Source: Pasteurella multocida (GTDB lineage: Bacteria > Pseudomonadota > Gammaproteobacteria > Enterobacterales > Pasteurellaceae). From it: DNA of 32,000 nt. Positions 10,519 through 21,038 of this stretch are shown one piece after another. Location of the stretch: the NCBI RefSeq assembly GCF_900187275.1, contig NZ_LT906458.1, forward strand, positions 1,590,001 to 1,622,000, given 5' to 3'. The notes under the pieces are model-generated. The model ran no database searches. It had not been told where the DNA came from and saw only the letters and a program-made list of their open reading frames with translations. Within the stretch, counting starts at the first letter, position 1. Each line of letters opens with the position of its first letter. The translations under genes were made by a program, and so were the position numbers.

Positions 10519-12069
10519 ATGAAGAGTGAAAATGTCATGGAAAAAGGCACCGCACTTTCCATTCCCTCGCGTCTCGAAGCGAGGGAAATTGCTGCCATTG
10601 ATTTGGGTTCAAATAGCTTTCATATGATTGTCGCACGTATTATGAATGGCTCTATTCAGATTCTTTCTCGTTTAAAGCAAAAAGTCCAGCTCGCAGAGGG
10701 CTTAGATGAAAACAATGTTCTCAACCAAGCGGCAATTACTCGTGGCGTAAATTGTTTAGCCTTGTTTGCGGAGCGCTTACAGGGGTTTGCACCAGAAAAT
10801 GTCAATGTTGTTGGCACCTATACCTTACGTCGTGCAGTGAACAATGACGAGTTTTTACGCCAAGCCAAAGCTGTTTTCCCTTATCCAATCAATATCATTA
10901 CAGGGAAAACCGAAGCGCAAACTATTTATGCCGGTGTGTCACACACCCAACCTGAAACTGGAAAAAAATTTGTCATTGATATTGGCGGTGGCTCGACTGA
11001 AATGATTATTGGGGAAAATTTCACCCCTATTTTAGCTGAAAGTCGACATATGGGGTGTGTCAGCTTTGCGAAACAATTTTTCCCTCAAGGTGAAATCAGT
11101 CAGTTACATTTTGAAAATGCTCGTCAAGCCGCATTAATGAAAATTGAAGACTTAGCCTATGAATATCGGCATTTGGGCTGGGATGTGGTGTTAGGCTCCT
11201 CTGGTACAATTAAAACTGTACATCAAGTCATCATGGCAAATATTGATCCAAACGGTCTTATCACCCCTGAACGTCTACAACAATTAATCAAACAAACATT
11301 ACAGCATACCCACTTTGAAGATCTGAAATTATCCGGCTTGATTGAAGAACGTGCTGATGTCTTTGTGCCCGGATTGGCTATTTTGAGTGCTGTATTTGAA
11401 ACATTTGGTATTCAACAAATGCGTTATTCTGATGGGGCGTTACGCGAAGGGGTCATGTATAGCCTCGAAAAGACCTTTCAAGTGAGCAATATTCGTGAGC
11501 GGACGGCGTTAGGTTTAGCAGAACAATTTACCATAGACCAAGCCCAAGCAGAACGTGTCCATCAAAGTGTTAAACTGCTTAGCCAACAATATCGCCATTG
11601 GAAAAAACCACAACTGGCAGCAGAGATGATCGAAATCGTCCTGTGGGCAGCACGTTTACATGAAGTCGGCATTGTGATTAACCATAAAGGGATGCAAAAA
11701 CACTCCGCCTATATTTTACAAAATATAGAATTACCGGGTTTCGATAAAGAACAACAACGCTTATTAGCCACCTTAGTGCGTTATCAAATTAACCTGTTTA
11801 AACTGTCTGAATTAAGTAAATTTGCACGGTATGATGAACAAGATGTGTTAGCCTTAGTACGTTTATTACGCTTAGCCATTATCTTAAACAAATCCCGTCA
11901 AGCCACAGAGAAAACCGAGCAAATCACCTTGACGTTCAACCGTGCTTTAACCCATTGGACACTCAAGTTTGCACAAGGCTATTTGACGCATACACCGCTG
12001 ATCTGTAACGAGCTAAAAGCCGAAAAACGCGTGCTTAGTGAAATGGGATTAGATATCACGTTTAACTAA
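10519..12069 (+). CDS. ppx: Exopolyphosphatase (Ppx/GppA family)
   Basis: 516 aa with AAIDLGSNSFHMIVARI, VIDIGGGSTEMIIGENF, LGSSGTIKTVHQ, SDGALREGVMYSLE; length and sequence closer to Ppx than GppA. Confidence 0.93.
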   Translation: MKSENVMEKGTALSIPSRLEAREIAAIDLGSNSFHMIVARIMNGSIQILSRLKQKVQLAEGLDENNVLNQAAITRGVNCLALFAERLQGFAPENVNVVGTYTLRRAVNNDEFLRQAKAVFPYPINIITGKTEAQTIYAGVSHTQPETGKKFVIDIGGGSTEMIIGENFTPILAESRHMGCVSFAKQFFPQGEISQLHFENARQAALMKIEDLAYEYRHLGWDVVLGSSGTIKTVHQVIMANIDPNGLITPERLQQLIKQTLQHTHFEDLKLSGLIEERADVFVPGLAILSAVFETFGIQQMRYSDGALREGVMYSLEKTFQVSNIRERTALGLAEQFTIDQAQAERVHQSVKLLSQQYRHWKKPQLAAEMIEIVLWAARLHEVGIVINHKGMQKHSAYILQNIELPGFDKEQQRLLATLVRYQINLFKLSELSKFARYDEQDVLALVRLLRLAIILNKSRQATEKTEQITLTFNRALTHWTLKFAQGYLTHTPLICNELKAEKRVLSEMGLDITFN

Positions 12070-12074
12070 ACAAA

Positions 12075-12096
12075 CTGCCCACCAACAGGTGGGCAG
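12075..12096. terminator. Probable bidirectional hairpin between convergent ppx and glmU
   Basis: Perfect 9-bp stem CTGCCCACC-AACA-GGTGGGCAG in the convergent intergenic gap; no strong T-tract. Confidence 0.55.
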
Positions 12097-12126
12097 CAAG
12101 TACATAAATACTGTTCGTAAGTGCGG

Positions 12127-13503
12127 TTACTTTTTCGTTTGTTTAGTAGGGCGTTGCCAACCTTGAATATGACGTTGAGGAACACGTGAAATCACTAACT
12201 CATCACAAGCCACATCTTTGGTCACCGTAGTCCCCGCACCAATGGTTGCACCCGCTTCGATAGTAACCGGTGCCACGAGTTGTACATCAGACCCTACAAA
12301 CACATTATCACCAATAATGGTCTTAAATTTATTTGCGCCATCATAGTTACAAGTGATCACGCCTGCACCAATATTACATTGCATCCCGACTTCGGCATCT
12401 CCCACATAACTTAAATGGTTTACTTTCGAGCCCGTCCCAATATGCGCTTTCTTAATTTCAACGAAATTACCAATATGTGTGTTGTCGGCTAATGCAGCCC
12501 CCGGACGCAAACGAGAGAAGGGTCCAATTTGCGCAGCTTGTCCAACAATCGCCTCTTCCAACACAGAATAAGGTTTAATTTCTACATCATCACCAATCTG
12601 GCAATTTTTTAACACACAACCAGCTCCAATTTTAACTCGGTGACCTAAGCTGACTTTGCCCTCGATAATCACGTTCACATCAATTTCCACGTCTTTCCCA
12701 TGGCTTAGTTCCCCGCGTAAATCAAAACGCTCAGGATCCGCTAATGCCACTCCAGCCAATAATAAATTGTCTGCTTGTTTGCGCTGATAATAACGCTCTA
12801 AACGCGCTAATTGCTGACGGTTATTCACGCCCTCTACTTCCATAAAGTTACTGGCTTGTACCGCCACTACTTGGCAACCGTCTTGATTCGCTAAGGCGAT
12901 CACATCCGTAATATAATATTCTCCCTGTGCATTGTTGTTGGTTAACTGTGATAACCATTTTTTCAAACTTTTACCGTCTGCCACTAACAAGCCTGTGTTA
13001 ATTTCTTGGATTTTTAATTGCTCTGCATTGGCATCTTTTTGTTCCACAATCGCCACCACATTGCCATTTTCACGCACAATACGCCCATAACCAGTTGGGT
13101 CATCTAATACGACGGTCAATAATGCAATACCATGTTCAGGTTTTGCCGCAATTAATGTTTGTAAGGTTTCCGCAGTAATTAATGGTCCATCACCATAAAG
13201 CATCAAAATATTTTCATCATCTGCAAAAAACGGGGCTGCTTGCTGCATAGCATGCCCCGTACCTAATTGCTCGGCTTGTAAGACCCAATTCACAGGTTCA
13301 TCTTGCAAACGAGTTTGCATCACTTCCCCACCATGTCCATACACTAAATGGATATTTTTTGCATGAATGGATTTCACCGTATCGATCACATGTTTTACCA
13401 TCGGTTTTCCGGCAATTTTATGTAGCACTTTTGGTAAATCAGAATACATCCGCGTCCCTTTACCGGCCGCTAAAATCACGATACTTAATGCTTTCTCTTT
13501 CAT
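12127..13503 (-). CDS. glmU: Bifunctional UDP-N-acetylglucosamine pyrophosphorylase / glucosamine-1-phosphate N-acetyltransferase
   Basis: 458 aa; [31 protein letters not shown]-terminus and left-handed beta-helix C-terminus ([28 protein letters not shown]). Confidence 0.97.
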   Translation of the reverse strand: MKEKALSIVILAAGKGTRMYSDLPKVLHKIAGKPMVKHVIDTVKSIHAKNIHLVYGHGGEVMQTRLQDEPVNWVLQAEQLGTGHAMQQAAPFFADDENILMLYGDGPLITAETLQTLIAAKPEHGIALLTVVLDDPTGYGRIVRENGNVVAIVEQKDANAEQLKIQEINTGLLVADGKSLKKWLSQLTNNNAQGEYYITDVIALANQDGCQVVAVQASNFMEVEGVNNRQQLARLERYYQRKQADNLLLAGVALADPERFDLRGELSHGKDVEIDVNVIIEGKVSLGHRVKIGAGCVLKNCQIGDDVEIKPYSVLEEAIVGQAAQIGPFSRLRPGAALADNTHIGNFVEIKKAHIGTGSKVNHLSYVGDAEVGMQCNIGAGVITCNYDGANKFKTIIGDNVFVGSDVQLVAPVTIEAGATIGAGTTVTKDVACDELVISRVPQRHIQGWQRPTKQTKK

Positions 13504-13612
13504 AATCTTCTCTTGTTTGATGAATAAAAAAATAACTGCTCAAAATTATAATCTAACTTTACAATAAAAATAAACGCACATCACCCAAAACAAGCCAGCT
13601 AAAGCAAGTAAA

Positions 13613-13641
13613 TTGAAACAGCAAATAAAGCGGTGTATAGT
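13613..13641 (+). promoter_or_regulatory. Candidate sigma70 promoter for the lipoprotein gene at 13687
   Basis: TTGAAA (13613-13618), 17-nt spacer, TATAGT (13636-13641), about 45 nt upstream of the ATG. Confidence 0.6.
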
Positions 13642-13686
13642 GAGGACTCAATGCTAACCATATTCATGTGATGTTAAGAGGTAAAT

Positions 13687-14220
13687 ATGCAGACATTTTC
13701 AAAACTTAGCTTTTTGTGCTTGTTATCTTTTGGTCTAATCGCCTGTGACCAGATAACCCAATTCACAACCACATCCAACAGCACAAATCAAACGAAAGCC
13801 CCCGCGGTAGCCTTAGATCCTAAAGCAGAATTCTATCTTTTTATTGATTTTCAAAACGCCAATAATGCCAAAATCGCCGCCCTCAATCATGAAATCGCCA
13901 ATGTGACACAATCTGGCGATATCGCCAGCTTAGCACCTCTCGTGAACAAATTTTCAACGGAAATTAAGGCGATTGTGAAAGATCTCGATACACTCCCTAT
14001 TTACAGTGCTGAAATTCTTAAACTCAAAGAGAAAGCCAAGGTTTTACTGGTTACGTCCGCTGAACTGATCAGTGATAATGTAAAATTACATCATAATCCT
14101 TCGCCAGAAGGTTCAATGGCGTTATTACAGAAAAGAGATATCTTACTTAAAATAAGTAATGAATTTTCGCAAATGAATGACGAATTAATGCAAAAATATG
14201 GTCCGCCACCACAACCTTAA
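13687..14220 (+). CDS. Predicted lipoprotein of unknown function
   Basis: 177 aa with signal peptide and lipobox LSFGLIAC|DQ; no recognised enzymatic motif. Confidence 0.75.
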   Translation: MQTFSKLSFLCLLSFGLIACDQITQFTTTSNSTNQTKAPAVALDPKAEFYLFIDFQNANNAKIAALNHEIANVTQSGDIASLAPLVNKFSTEIKAIVKDLDTLPIYSAEILKLKEKAKVLLVTSAELISDNVKLHHNPSPEGSMALLQKRDILLKISNEFSQMNDELMQKYGPPPQP

Positions 14221-14242
14221 TCTTGATAGCAAACAGAAAAAC

Positions 14243-14275
14243 AAAACCGCACATTAAAAACATGTGCGGTTTTTG
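14243..14275. terminator. Bidirectional terminator between the lipoprotein gene and rsmJ
   Basis: AAAACCGCACAT (14243-14254), 7-nt loop, ATGTGCGGTTTT (14262-14273), T-run downstream. Confidence 0.85.
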
Positions 14276-14347
14276 CATGAATATCGTGCGGTTCAAATAC
14301 GACTCAACGTTGCTACTCAGCGTAGCTGGGCATTTTCATTCATCAGC

Positions 14348-15106
14348 TTACCCAGTTAAATAAATATCAAAACGATGATTCTTCGTTTCTCGACTAAAGT
14401 GCGGTGATTGTTGCGCAAGAAATGGCGCGTAGTCAGGACGTTTCACCACCACACGTTTGTTTGCCAACGCTAAGGCGGGTTCGAGTAAGTTATCGGCATC
14501 CAGATCTGCCCCAACTAAATGCTGAAACACACGCATTTCTTTTTTGACTAAAGCACTTTTGGGTTTATGTGGATACATTGGATCAAGATAGACGACATCA
14601 ACACAATCCAATGCAGGATTTAATTGCGCAATGTGACTCACAGGTAATAATTGCATATTTTGTTGCAACATTTCGCCAATCTCACTGTCAGCATAAGCGC
14701 GCTGTAAGCCATCTTGTAGTAATAAACGTACCACCGGATGACGCTCCACTAAACGCACTCGGCAACCGATCGATGCCAATACAAACGCATCTCGTCCAAG
14801 TCCCGCTGTCGCATCAATCACTGTCGGCAAATAGCCTGACTTAATGCCTACCGCTTTTGCCACAGCCTCCCCTCGTCCGCCACCAAATTTACGCCGATGT
14901 GCCATCGCGCCCGCGACAAAATCTACAAACACCGCGCCCAGTTTTGCTTCATCTAATTTACGTAACTCTAAACGGACTTGTCCCAGCTCATCATAGGTTT
15001 GTACCAGTGCCAAATAACTTTCCGGATCGTGCACTAAACTATATTGTGTACAAAGTGCGGTGAATTTTTCAGGATTTTCCGTTTCACAAATCAGTTGAAT
15101 ATTCAT
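14348..15106 (-). CDS. rsmJ: 16S rRNA (guanine-N2)-methyltransferase RsmJ
   Basis: 252 aa; [31 protein letters not shown] and [28 protein letters not shown] are RsmJ hallmarks. Confidence 0.94.
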   Translation of the reverse strand: MNIQLICETENPEKFTALCTQYSLVHDPESYLALVQTYDELGQVRLELRKLDEAKLGAVFVDFVAGAMAHRRKFGGGRGEAVAKAVGIKSGYLPTVIDATAGLGRDAFVLASIGCRVRLVERHPVVRLLLQDGLQRAYADSEIGEMLQQNMQLLPVSHIAQLNPALDCVDVVYLDPMYPHKPKSALVKKEMRVFQHLVGADLDADNLLEPALALANKRVVVKRPDYAPFLAQQSPHFSRETKNHRFDIYLTG

Positions 15107-15109
15107 AGC

Positions 15110-16207
15110 TTATTTCCGAATTAACCACACACCGGCTTCCATATGTTCGGTATAGGGGAATTGATCGAACAAGGCGGCTTTTTCAATACGGTGTGTTTGA
15201 CAAAGATGTTGTAAATTATCGCACAAAGTATGTGGATTACATGAAATATACAAAATACGATCATAATTCTGTACTAATTTCACCGTTTCCTCATCTAAAC
15301 CAGCACGAGGCGGATCCACAAAAATGGTATTACATTCATAGGCGTTTAAATCAATGCCCTTTAAGCGATGAAATTCACGCACGCCATTCATCGCTTGCGT
15401 GAATTCTTCTGCGGACATCCGAATAATTTGCAAATTCTTAATGCTATTTTCGGCAATATTAAATTGGGCGGCTGCCACCGAGGGTTTGGCAATTTCTGTC
15501 GCCAAAACCTTGCGGAAATTTTGTGCAAGCGCAATAGAAAAATTACCGTTGCCACAATAAAGCTCAAGCAAATCACCTTCACTGTTTTGGGTACAGTCCA
15601 CCGCCCACTCAAGCATTTTCTGATTCACGATCGCATTGGGTTGAGTAAAGCTGTTTTCCACTTGACGATACACATAAGATTTTCCATGCACCGTTAACAC
15701 TTCATCGACAAATTCCTGATCCAAACAGATTTTTTGTTTGCTAGCACGCCCAATCAGTTGTAAGTCAAAGCCTTGTTGTAACAAACTTGTTTTTAATTGT
15801 TTTGCTGCCTGTTCCCATTGTTCATCAAGGGTTTTGTGATATAGCAAACTGACAATGATCTTATTGCTTAAAGTGCTTAAATAATCAATTTGGAACAGTT
15901 TATGATGTAGTACCCTGTTTGTTTTTAGCAACGGTAAGAGCGTATCCATCATCTGATTAATAAGCTGACTTGCCATCGGAAAACAATCGACACGATAACG
16001 TTGACGAGTCCGTTGATCGAACATGATATGGTAAAAATCCCCTTTGTCATGCCAAATACGAAACTCTGCACGCATACGATAATGCTGTACAGGTGAAGGA
16101 AAAACCGCCAATGCGGGAGCATGAAAAGGCGCTAAAAGTGCGGTCAGTTTTTTCTGTTTTTCCGCCAATAAGCTGTCATATTGTTCAATAGGAAGCAACG
16201 CTTGCAT
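15110..16207 (-). CDS. trmA: tRNA (uracil-5-)-methyltransferase
   Basis: [84 protein letters not shown]. The listed ORF runs to 16270; by homology the start [10 protein letters not shown] is at 16207. Confidence 0.95.
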   Translation of the reverse strand: MQALLPIEQYDSLLAEKQKKLTALLAPFHAPALAVFPSPVQHYRMRAEFRIWHDKGDFYHIMFDQRTRQRYRVDCFPMASQLINQMMDTLLPLLKTNRVLHHKLFQIDYLSTLSNKIIVSLLYHKTLDEQWEQAAKQLKTSLLQQGFDLQLIGRASKQKICLDQEFVDEVLTVHGKSYVYRQVENSFTQPNAIVNQKMLEWAVDCTQNSEGDLLELYCGNGNFSIALAQNFRKVLATEIAKPSVAAAQFNIAENSIKNLQIIRMSAEEFTQAMNGVREFHRLKGIDLNAYECNTIFVDPPRAGLDEETVKLVQNYDRILYISCNPHTLCDNLQHLCQTHRIEKAALFDQFPYTEHMEAGVWLIRK

Positions 16208-16293
16208 AAGATGAGTTCTATAATGATGTCTGTATGAAATGAAGATAAAAGGCTCAGTTTCATTGTCCAAGCCTTTTATAAGATGACGCGAGA

Positions 16294-16623
16294 TTATTCT
16301 GCTGAGAAATCGTCTAAATTATCGGTACCAACTACACCTGATAAAGTATAAACACGTTTAGTCGTCGAGATACGCGCACGATACTTAGACCATGTTTTCT
16401 CAAAAAAGGTTTCTGCTGGACGCTCTCCACGGCAGAATGCAACAAAGTTTTTTTCTTCTTTTGTCACAGGTTCACGTTCGCCTGATTCTAATGCTTTAAA
16501 GGCTTGTCCATATTGTTCAAGGACTTGTGATTCCTTGATTGTATAATCGCCATGACGTGAGAAGCCTCTCGGGTAATTTTTATCATCAAAAAAACGACGT
16601 GTAACACTAAAACTTTCTGCCAT
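16294..16623 (-). CDS. maoP: DUF413/MaoP family protein
   Basis: 109 aa; [38 protein letters not shown] is characteristic of the YifE/MaoP family. Confidence 0.85.
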   Translation of the reverse strand: MAESFSVTRRFFDDKNYPRGFSRHGDYTIKESQVLEQYGQAFKALESGEREPVTKEEKNFVAFCRGERPAETFFEKTWSKYRARISTTKRVYTLSGVVGTDNLDDFSAE

Positions 16624-16680
16624 AATATCCTCTACAATAAGCTATTCGTTCAAAAAACGAAGCATTAAACCAATTTTTTG

Positions 16681-17301
16681 TTATTTTTGCAATAAACCTT
16701 TTACTGTTTCGACATAATCAGCAACAAACGCCTCATGACTGTCGTTTTTCAGTCCTTCAGGATTAACTCGATAACGCCCGTTTACGTAAAAATCTGGCAC
16801 ACCCCGCACTTTCATGTGTTCAGCCGCTGTCACTTGCTTATTAGTTAACGCTGTGACGGCAAAACTGTTAATTCCGCCATCAAATTGTTCTGCACTGAGA
16901 CCATTAGCCAAAAAGATTTGACGAATATCATCCATACTGCGTAATTTATTTTGCTGTGCCGCGAAAAATAAAGGTTCTTTTACTTTATCTTGTACACCGG
17001 TCGCCATAGCCAATGCCCATGCACGAGTAAGATTTTTCCCCATTTCACCGCCTAAAAAGTTGACATGATATTGTTTCAAGCTCACACCTTCTGGCAACTG
17101 CTGTTTCACTTTATTTGGGATTTGGTATTCGTATTCAAACGAATAACAATGTGGACAATAAAAAGAGAAAAACTCGATGACTTCTGCTTGTTGTACAGGT
17201 GCCTGATTTAACGTCACATACTGCTTACCCTCAGTTAAATTTGTCGCTTGTACAGAAACAGCAAAAAGGAATGACGTCACCGCTAAAACTAATTTTTTCA
17301 T
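16681..17301 (-). CDS. dsbA: Thiol:disulfide interchange protein DsbA
   Basis: 206 aa; signal peptide, EFFSFYCPHCYSFEYEY active site CPHC, VRGVPDFYVNGRYRVN cis-Pro region. Confidence 0.95.
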   Translation of the reverse strand: MKKLVLAVTSFLFAVSVQATNLTEGKQYVTLNQAPVQQAEVIEFFSFYCPHCYSFEYEYQIPNKVKQQLPEGVSLKQYHVNFLGGEMGKNLTRAWALAMATGVQDKVKEPLFFAAQQNKLRSMDDIRQIFLANGLSAEQFDGGINSFAVTALTNKQVTAAEHMKVRGVPDFYVNGRYRVNPEGLKNDSHEAFVADYVETVKGLLQK

Positions 17302-17310
17302 TGCAAATCC

Positions 17311-17577
17311 TTATTTAATAATGCCACGCGCTTTCAGCAACGCAGTCTTAAAATCATCTTCGTAATCTTTCTTGATACCCGGGATCGGCGCATTTTTATC
17401 CGTCCCATCCATTTTTAGCTGATAAATGATCACTTCATCGGTTAATTCAGCTAAAGGTTTCTTGAACCCTGCCTCATCGGCAATTTTCTGCAAAATTTGT
17501 AATAAATGCAAATCCGGGTCTTTAGACCAATAAGGCTGTAAAAGTTCCAAAACCTCGTTCAAACGATGACATTTCAT
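17311..17577 (-). CDS. yihD: YihD family (DUF1040) protein
   Basis: [38 protein letters not shown]...[23 protein letters not shown] closely matches YihD. The listed ORF runs to 17694; the homologous start is the ATG at 17577. Confidence 0.88.
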   Translation of the reverse strand: MKCHRLNEVLELLQPYWSKDPDLHLLQILQKIADEAGFKKPLAELTDEVIIYQLKMDGTDKNAPIPGIKKDYEDDFKTALLKARGIIK

Positions 17578-17641
17578 AAAGTTTTCCTTATGATTGAAAA
17601 AATTTGCAAGAATCATACTGTAATTAGAGAAAGAAGAAAAC

Positions 17642-18211
17642 ATGACAATCACATTTAGTGCGGTAATTTTAGCAGGGGGACAAGCGCGTCGCATGGGTGG
17701 CGTGGATAAAGGCTTACAACTTTTTAGAAATCAACCGCTCTTTGAACATATTTACCAGCGTTTACAGCCACAAATTGCTGATATTGCGATTAATGCTAAC
17801 CGTAACCAACAGCGATATGCGCAAAGTGGATTGCCGGTTTTTTCTGATGACTTAGCCGGCTTTCAAGGACCGTTAAGTGGGATCTTAACTGCCTTACAGC
17901 GTGCCCAAAGCAACTTTGTGTTATTTGTGCCTTGTGATTGTCCTTTTTTCCCCATGGATCTGTTTGCCAAACTCAAACACGCTGTCATTTCGCAACACGC
18001 GCAACTTGCCTACGCCCATGACGGCGAACGAGAACATCCCACTTTTTGTTTGGTTTCCACCTCACTCGCACCGGCTTTAGCACAATATCTCGCGACAGGC
18101 GAGCGACGCATGTTAACATTTATGCAGCAACAGCACGCTATAGCGGTCGATTTCTCAGCGACGCCAGATGCCTTTAAAAATATCAACAACTTAGTCGATC
18201 TGCAGACGTAA
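17642..18211 (+). CDS. mobA: Molybdenum cofactor guanylyltransferase
   Basis: 189 aa; [21 protein letters not shown] and [10 protein letters not shown]; divergent from yihD/dsbA as in related Pasteurellaceae. Confidence 0.93.
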   Translation: MTITFSAVILAGGQARRMGGVDKGLQLFRNQPLFEHIYQRLQPQIADIAINANRNQQRYAQSGLPVFSDDLAGFQGPLSGILTALQRAQSNFVLFVPCDCPFFPMDLFAKLKHAVISQHAQLAYAHDGEREHPTFCLVSTSLAPALAQYLATGERRMLTFMQQQHAIAVDFSATPDAFKNINNLVDLQT

Positions 18212-18253
18212 ACCACATCCCCATACTTTATCTGCTAAAAGATGTGCAAGAGA

Positions 18254-18282
18254 TTGGCTAATATAGACTTTCACAGTATAAT
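18254..18282 (+). promoter_or_regulatory. Candidate sigma70 promoter for the lipoprotein gene at 18320
   Basis: TTGGCT (18254-18259), 17-nt spacer, TATAAT (18277-18282). Confidence 0.55.
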
Positions 18283-18319
18283 CAACGATCAATGCACTGG
18301 ACTGAACAAGGAACTCATT

Positions 18320-18835
18320 ATGTTAAAGTCACTCTCTCTTATCAGCTTAATCACGCTACTTAGCGCGTGTTCAATGTCTTCTTATGTGCCTTTTATGAAT
18401 GATAAAAAAGCGGTGATTGATTTAGATAAAACACAAATTGATCAAAAATCTTATGCGACAGCCTATGAAGCGACGCTTGCTACCTATAAAGGACGAGTGA
18501 ATCAAGATTATGATGTGCACTCATTTAGTAGCGGTGCAAATGATTGGTATTTAAACCGTATTTTATTGCCGATTGACAAAATCAAAGAGAACCTCTATCA
18601 AGGTGGGCATGACTCGAATATTCACGCTTACTATAGTGGTGTCGTGTTTGCCTCCGCTTTACAAAGCAACTTTAACAAGCTTAACCCAAATTGTTGGTCA
18701 TATTTAGATGCGCCTAGTGTCACACAAGGCATATATGATGCAATGAAAGATCTCCAAAAAGGCAAACAAAGGGCTGAAGATGACCCTTATATTGTCCAAG
18801 GTTCTGAACAATTATTAAAACGTTGTGCCCAATAA
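18320..18835 (+). CDS. Predicted lipoprotein of unknown function
   Basis: MLKSLSLISLITLLSAC|SM lipobox; about 171 aa. The listed ORF starts at 18242 but the signal peptide begins at 18320. Confidence 0.75.
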   Translation: MLKSLSLISLITLLSACSMSSYVPFMNDKKAVIDLDKTQIDQKSYATAYEATLATYKGRVNQDYDVHSFSSGANDWYLNRILLPIDKIKENLYQGGHDSNIHAYYSGVVFASALQSNFNKLNPNCWSYLDAPSVTQGIYDAMKDLQKGKQRAEDDPYIVQGSEQLLKRCAQ

Positions 18836-18840
18836 AGTGA

Positions 18841-18873
18841 AAAACTGTTGATGTGAAAATCAGCAGTTTTTTT
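18841..18873 (+). terminator. Rho-independent terminator
   Basis: AAAACTGTTGAT - GTGAAA - ATCAGCAGTTTT with T-run, immediately after the lipoprotein stop. Confidence 0.75.
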
Positions 18874-18950
18874 CGCTTTTGGCAATAAAGAGAAAGATGA
18901 CATTTTCTCGACATATGCATGATCTATAATGAAGAAGTACAGGAGTCGCC

Positions 18951-20096
18951 GTGTTTGAACTCACCGAAAACGACATTCACTTATCCTCTCAAGCCGTCAA
19001 TAAAGATCAAGCCATTGAAATGGTTGCTCAAGCACTTATACAATCAGGCTACGTAGAAGAAGGCTACTTAGCTGGTATGCTTGAACGTGAAGCGCAGATT
19101 ACTACCTATTTGGGCAATGGTATTGCGATTCCACATGGTTCTGTGACCACCCGCGCTTTAGTCAAAAAAACAGGCGTGAAAATTTTTCAGTTTCCACAAG
19201 GCGTCGCTTGGGATAAAGATAATATCGCCTACCTTGTGATTGGACTTGCCGCTGATTCAGATGGACATCTAGCGCTCCTGCGTCAATTAGCTCGTCTGCT
19301 TCACGATAAAGAAACGGTCAAACACTTAATCACAACACAGGATGTGTCCGAATTTTATGCGCGCTTAATGGGGAAAAGTGCGACTAACCAACCTGATTTA
19401 ATTAGCTTAGATCTTGATACGACTAGCCTATTAACCTTGACAGCACGTAATGCCGAAAAATTACAACAGTACCAAGCCGTCAATAACGAATTTGTTCGTG
19501 AAGTACTTGCTAGCCCTGCGTTGCCTTTAGGGCAAGGGATTTGGTTGACGGATGCTACGCTCGGCAATCAAAAAAATGCTTGTGCTTTTAGTCGTACTAA
19601 AAACCCATTCTTACATAATGGTAAAAGCGTCCATGCCGTACTCACCATTGCAGCAATTGATGATAACATTCATCCCGTCCTAACCCGTTTATTAGCACCA
19701 GAAGTTCAACAACAATTACTCACCGGCTCAAAAGAAACAATTGCCTCCTTATTAAATCTTGAGCACAAGCACGTAAACCAAACGGAAGGGACTGCGGGTT
19801 TAAATGAACAGATTGAACCTATTGAATCGATTTTTACACTGCGTAATCTACATGGGTTACACGCTCGTCCTGCCGCAATCTTAGTCAGTCATCTCAAAAA
19901 ATATAATGCGTCTATCGCCGTGCAAAATTTAACAACCAACAGTCAACTGATCAGCGCAAAAAGTTTGCTGAAAGTTATCGCACTGGGTGCACAACAAGGA
20001 CATCGTTTACGCTTTGTTGCCACTGGTGCAGAAGCACAGCAAGCCATACAATGTGTAGGTGAGCTTATTGACAACCATTTAGGTGAGACAGCATGA
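18951..20096 (+). CDS. fruB: Fructose PTS fused EIIA / FPr (HPr-like) protein
   Basis: 381 aa (GTG start); EIIA domain with NGIAIPHGSV and C-terminal HPr domain LRNLHGLHARPAAILVSHL plus SAKSLLKVIALGAQQG. Confidence 0.95.
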   Translation: MFELTENDIHLSSQAVNKDQAIEMVAQALIQSGYVEEGYLAGMLEREAQITTYLGNGIAIPHGSVTTRALVKKTGVKIFQFPQGVAWDKDNIAYLVIGLAADSDGHLALLRQLARLLHDKETVKHLITTQDVSEFYARLMGKSATNQPDLISLDLDTTSLLTLTARNAEKLQQYQAVNNEFVREVLASPALPLGQGIWLTDATLGNQKNACAFSRTKNPFLHNGKSVHAVLTIAAIDDNIHPVLTRLLAPEVQQQLLTGSKETIASLLNLEHKHVNQTEGTAGLNEQIEPIESIFTLRNLHGLHARPAAILVSHLKKYNASIAVQNLTTNSQLISAKSLLKVIALGAQQGHRLRFVATGAEAQQAIQCVGELIDNHLGETA

Positions 20097-21028
20097 CAAA
20101 AGTACTGACCATTACACTAAATTCTGCCTACGACTTAGTAGGGCATCTCCCTCACCTAACACGAGGTGCGGTAAACCAGGTGGATTCTTTAGGACTTTAC
20201 CCTGCTGGCAAAGGGATTAATGTTGGCAAAGTTCTGCATGACTTAGGGGTAGACGTGGCATTAACTGGCTTTCTCGGGCAAGAAAATCAAACGGGATTTC
20301 AACAATTGTTTTCGCGTTTGGGGCTCACCGATCATTTTCATCGAATTACCGGAGCAACACGCATCAACGTAAAACTGACAGAGTCAGATGGCGTCGTCAC
20401 TGACCTCAATTTTCAAGGCTATCATGTGAGTAAGACAGATTGGCAAACGTTTGTGGACTTTTCATTGCAACAATGCCAAACATTTGATGTGATTGCAGTT
20501 TGTGGCAGTCTTCCTCGAGGAATCAGCGTAGATGACTTTACAGCTTGGCTCCGCCAACTTAATAAAAATAACATCAAGCTCATATTAGACACTAGTCAAC
20601 AAGCTTTCGCATCAGGCATACAAGCCAAACCTTGGCTCGTCAAACCTAATCGCGATGAGCTTGCAAGCTGGTATGGTTCGTCATTAGCGACACAGCAAGA
20701 CATCATCCACGCGGCAACACAATTACAACGACAAGGTATCCCTCATGTCGTCATTTCAATGGGGGAAGAAGGGGCAATTTGGCTAAATGAAAATACAGTG
20801 TTACACGCCCAGCCCCCACAAGACACGCCTATCGTCAGTACCGTAGGCGCGGGAGATACCATGGTGGCGGGTCTAATTTATGGTATGCTTAATACATATT
20901 CTGCTGAAAAAACATTGGCTTTTGCGACCGCACTTTCGAGCTTAGCAGTTTCACAAAGTAATGTAGGCATCACTGACTTGACGTTACTCAACCCAATTTT
21001 AGAAAAAATAAAAATCACATTCATTTAA
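20093..21028 (+). CDS. fruK: 1-phosphofructokinase
   Basis: 311 aa; LTLNSAYDLVGHL, GKGINVGKVLHDLGVDVALTGFLG, VSTVGAGDTMVAGLIYG; 4-bp overlap with fruB. Confidence 0.95.
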   Translation: MTKVLTITLNSAYDLVGHLPHLTRGAVNQVDSLGLYPAGKGINVGKVLHDLGVDVALTGFLGQENQTGFQQLFSRLGLTDHFHRITGATRINVKLTESDGVVTDLNFQGYHVSKTDWQTFVDFSLQQCQTFDVIAVCGSLPRGISVDDFTAWLRQLNKNNIKLILDTSQQAFASGIQAKPWLVKPNRDELASWYGSSLATQQDIIHAATQLQRQGIPHVVISMGEEGAIWLNENTVLHAQPPQDTPIVSTVGAGDTMVAGLIYGMLNTYSAEKTLAFATALSSLAVSQSNVGITDLTLLNPILEKIKITFI

Positions 21029-21038
21029 GGATAATTTC

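Noticed and set aside
18848-18930. Possible CRP site upstream of fruB
   Set aside because: I looked for TGTGA-N6-TCACA in the fruB leader. Only half-site-like matches (TGTGAAAATCAG) were present, and they fall inside the terminator hairpin. A TATAAT at 18925-18930 is plausible as a -10, but no convincing -35 was found.
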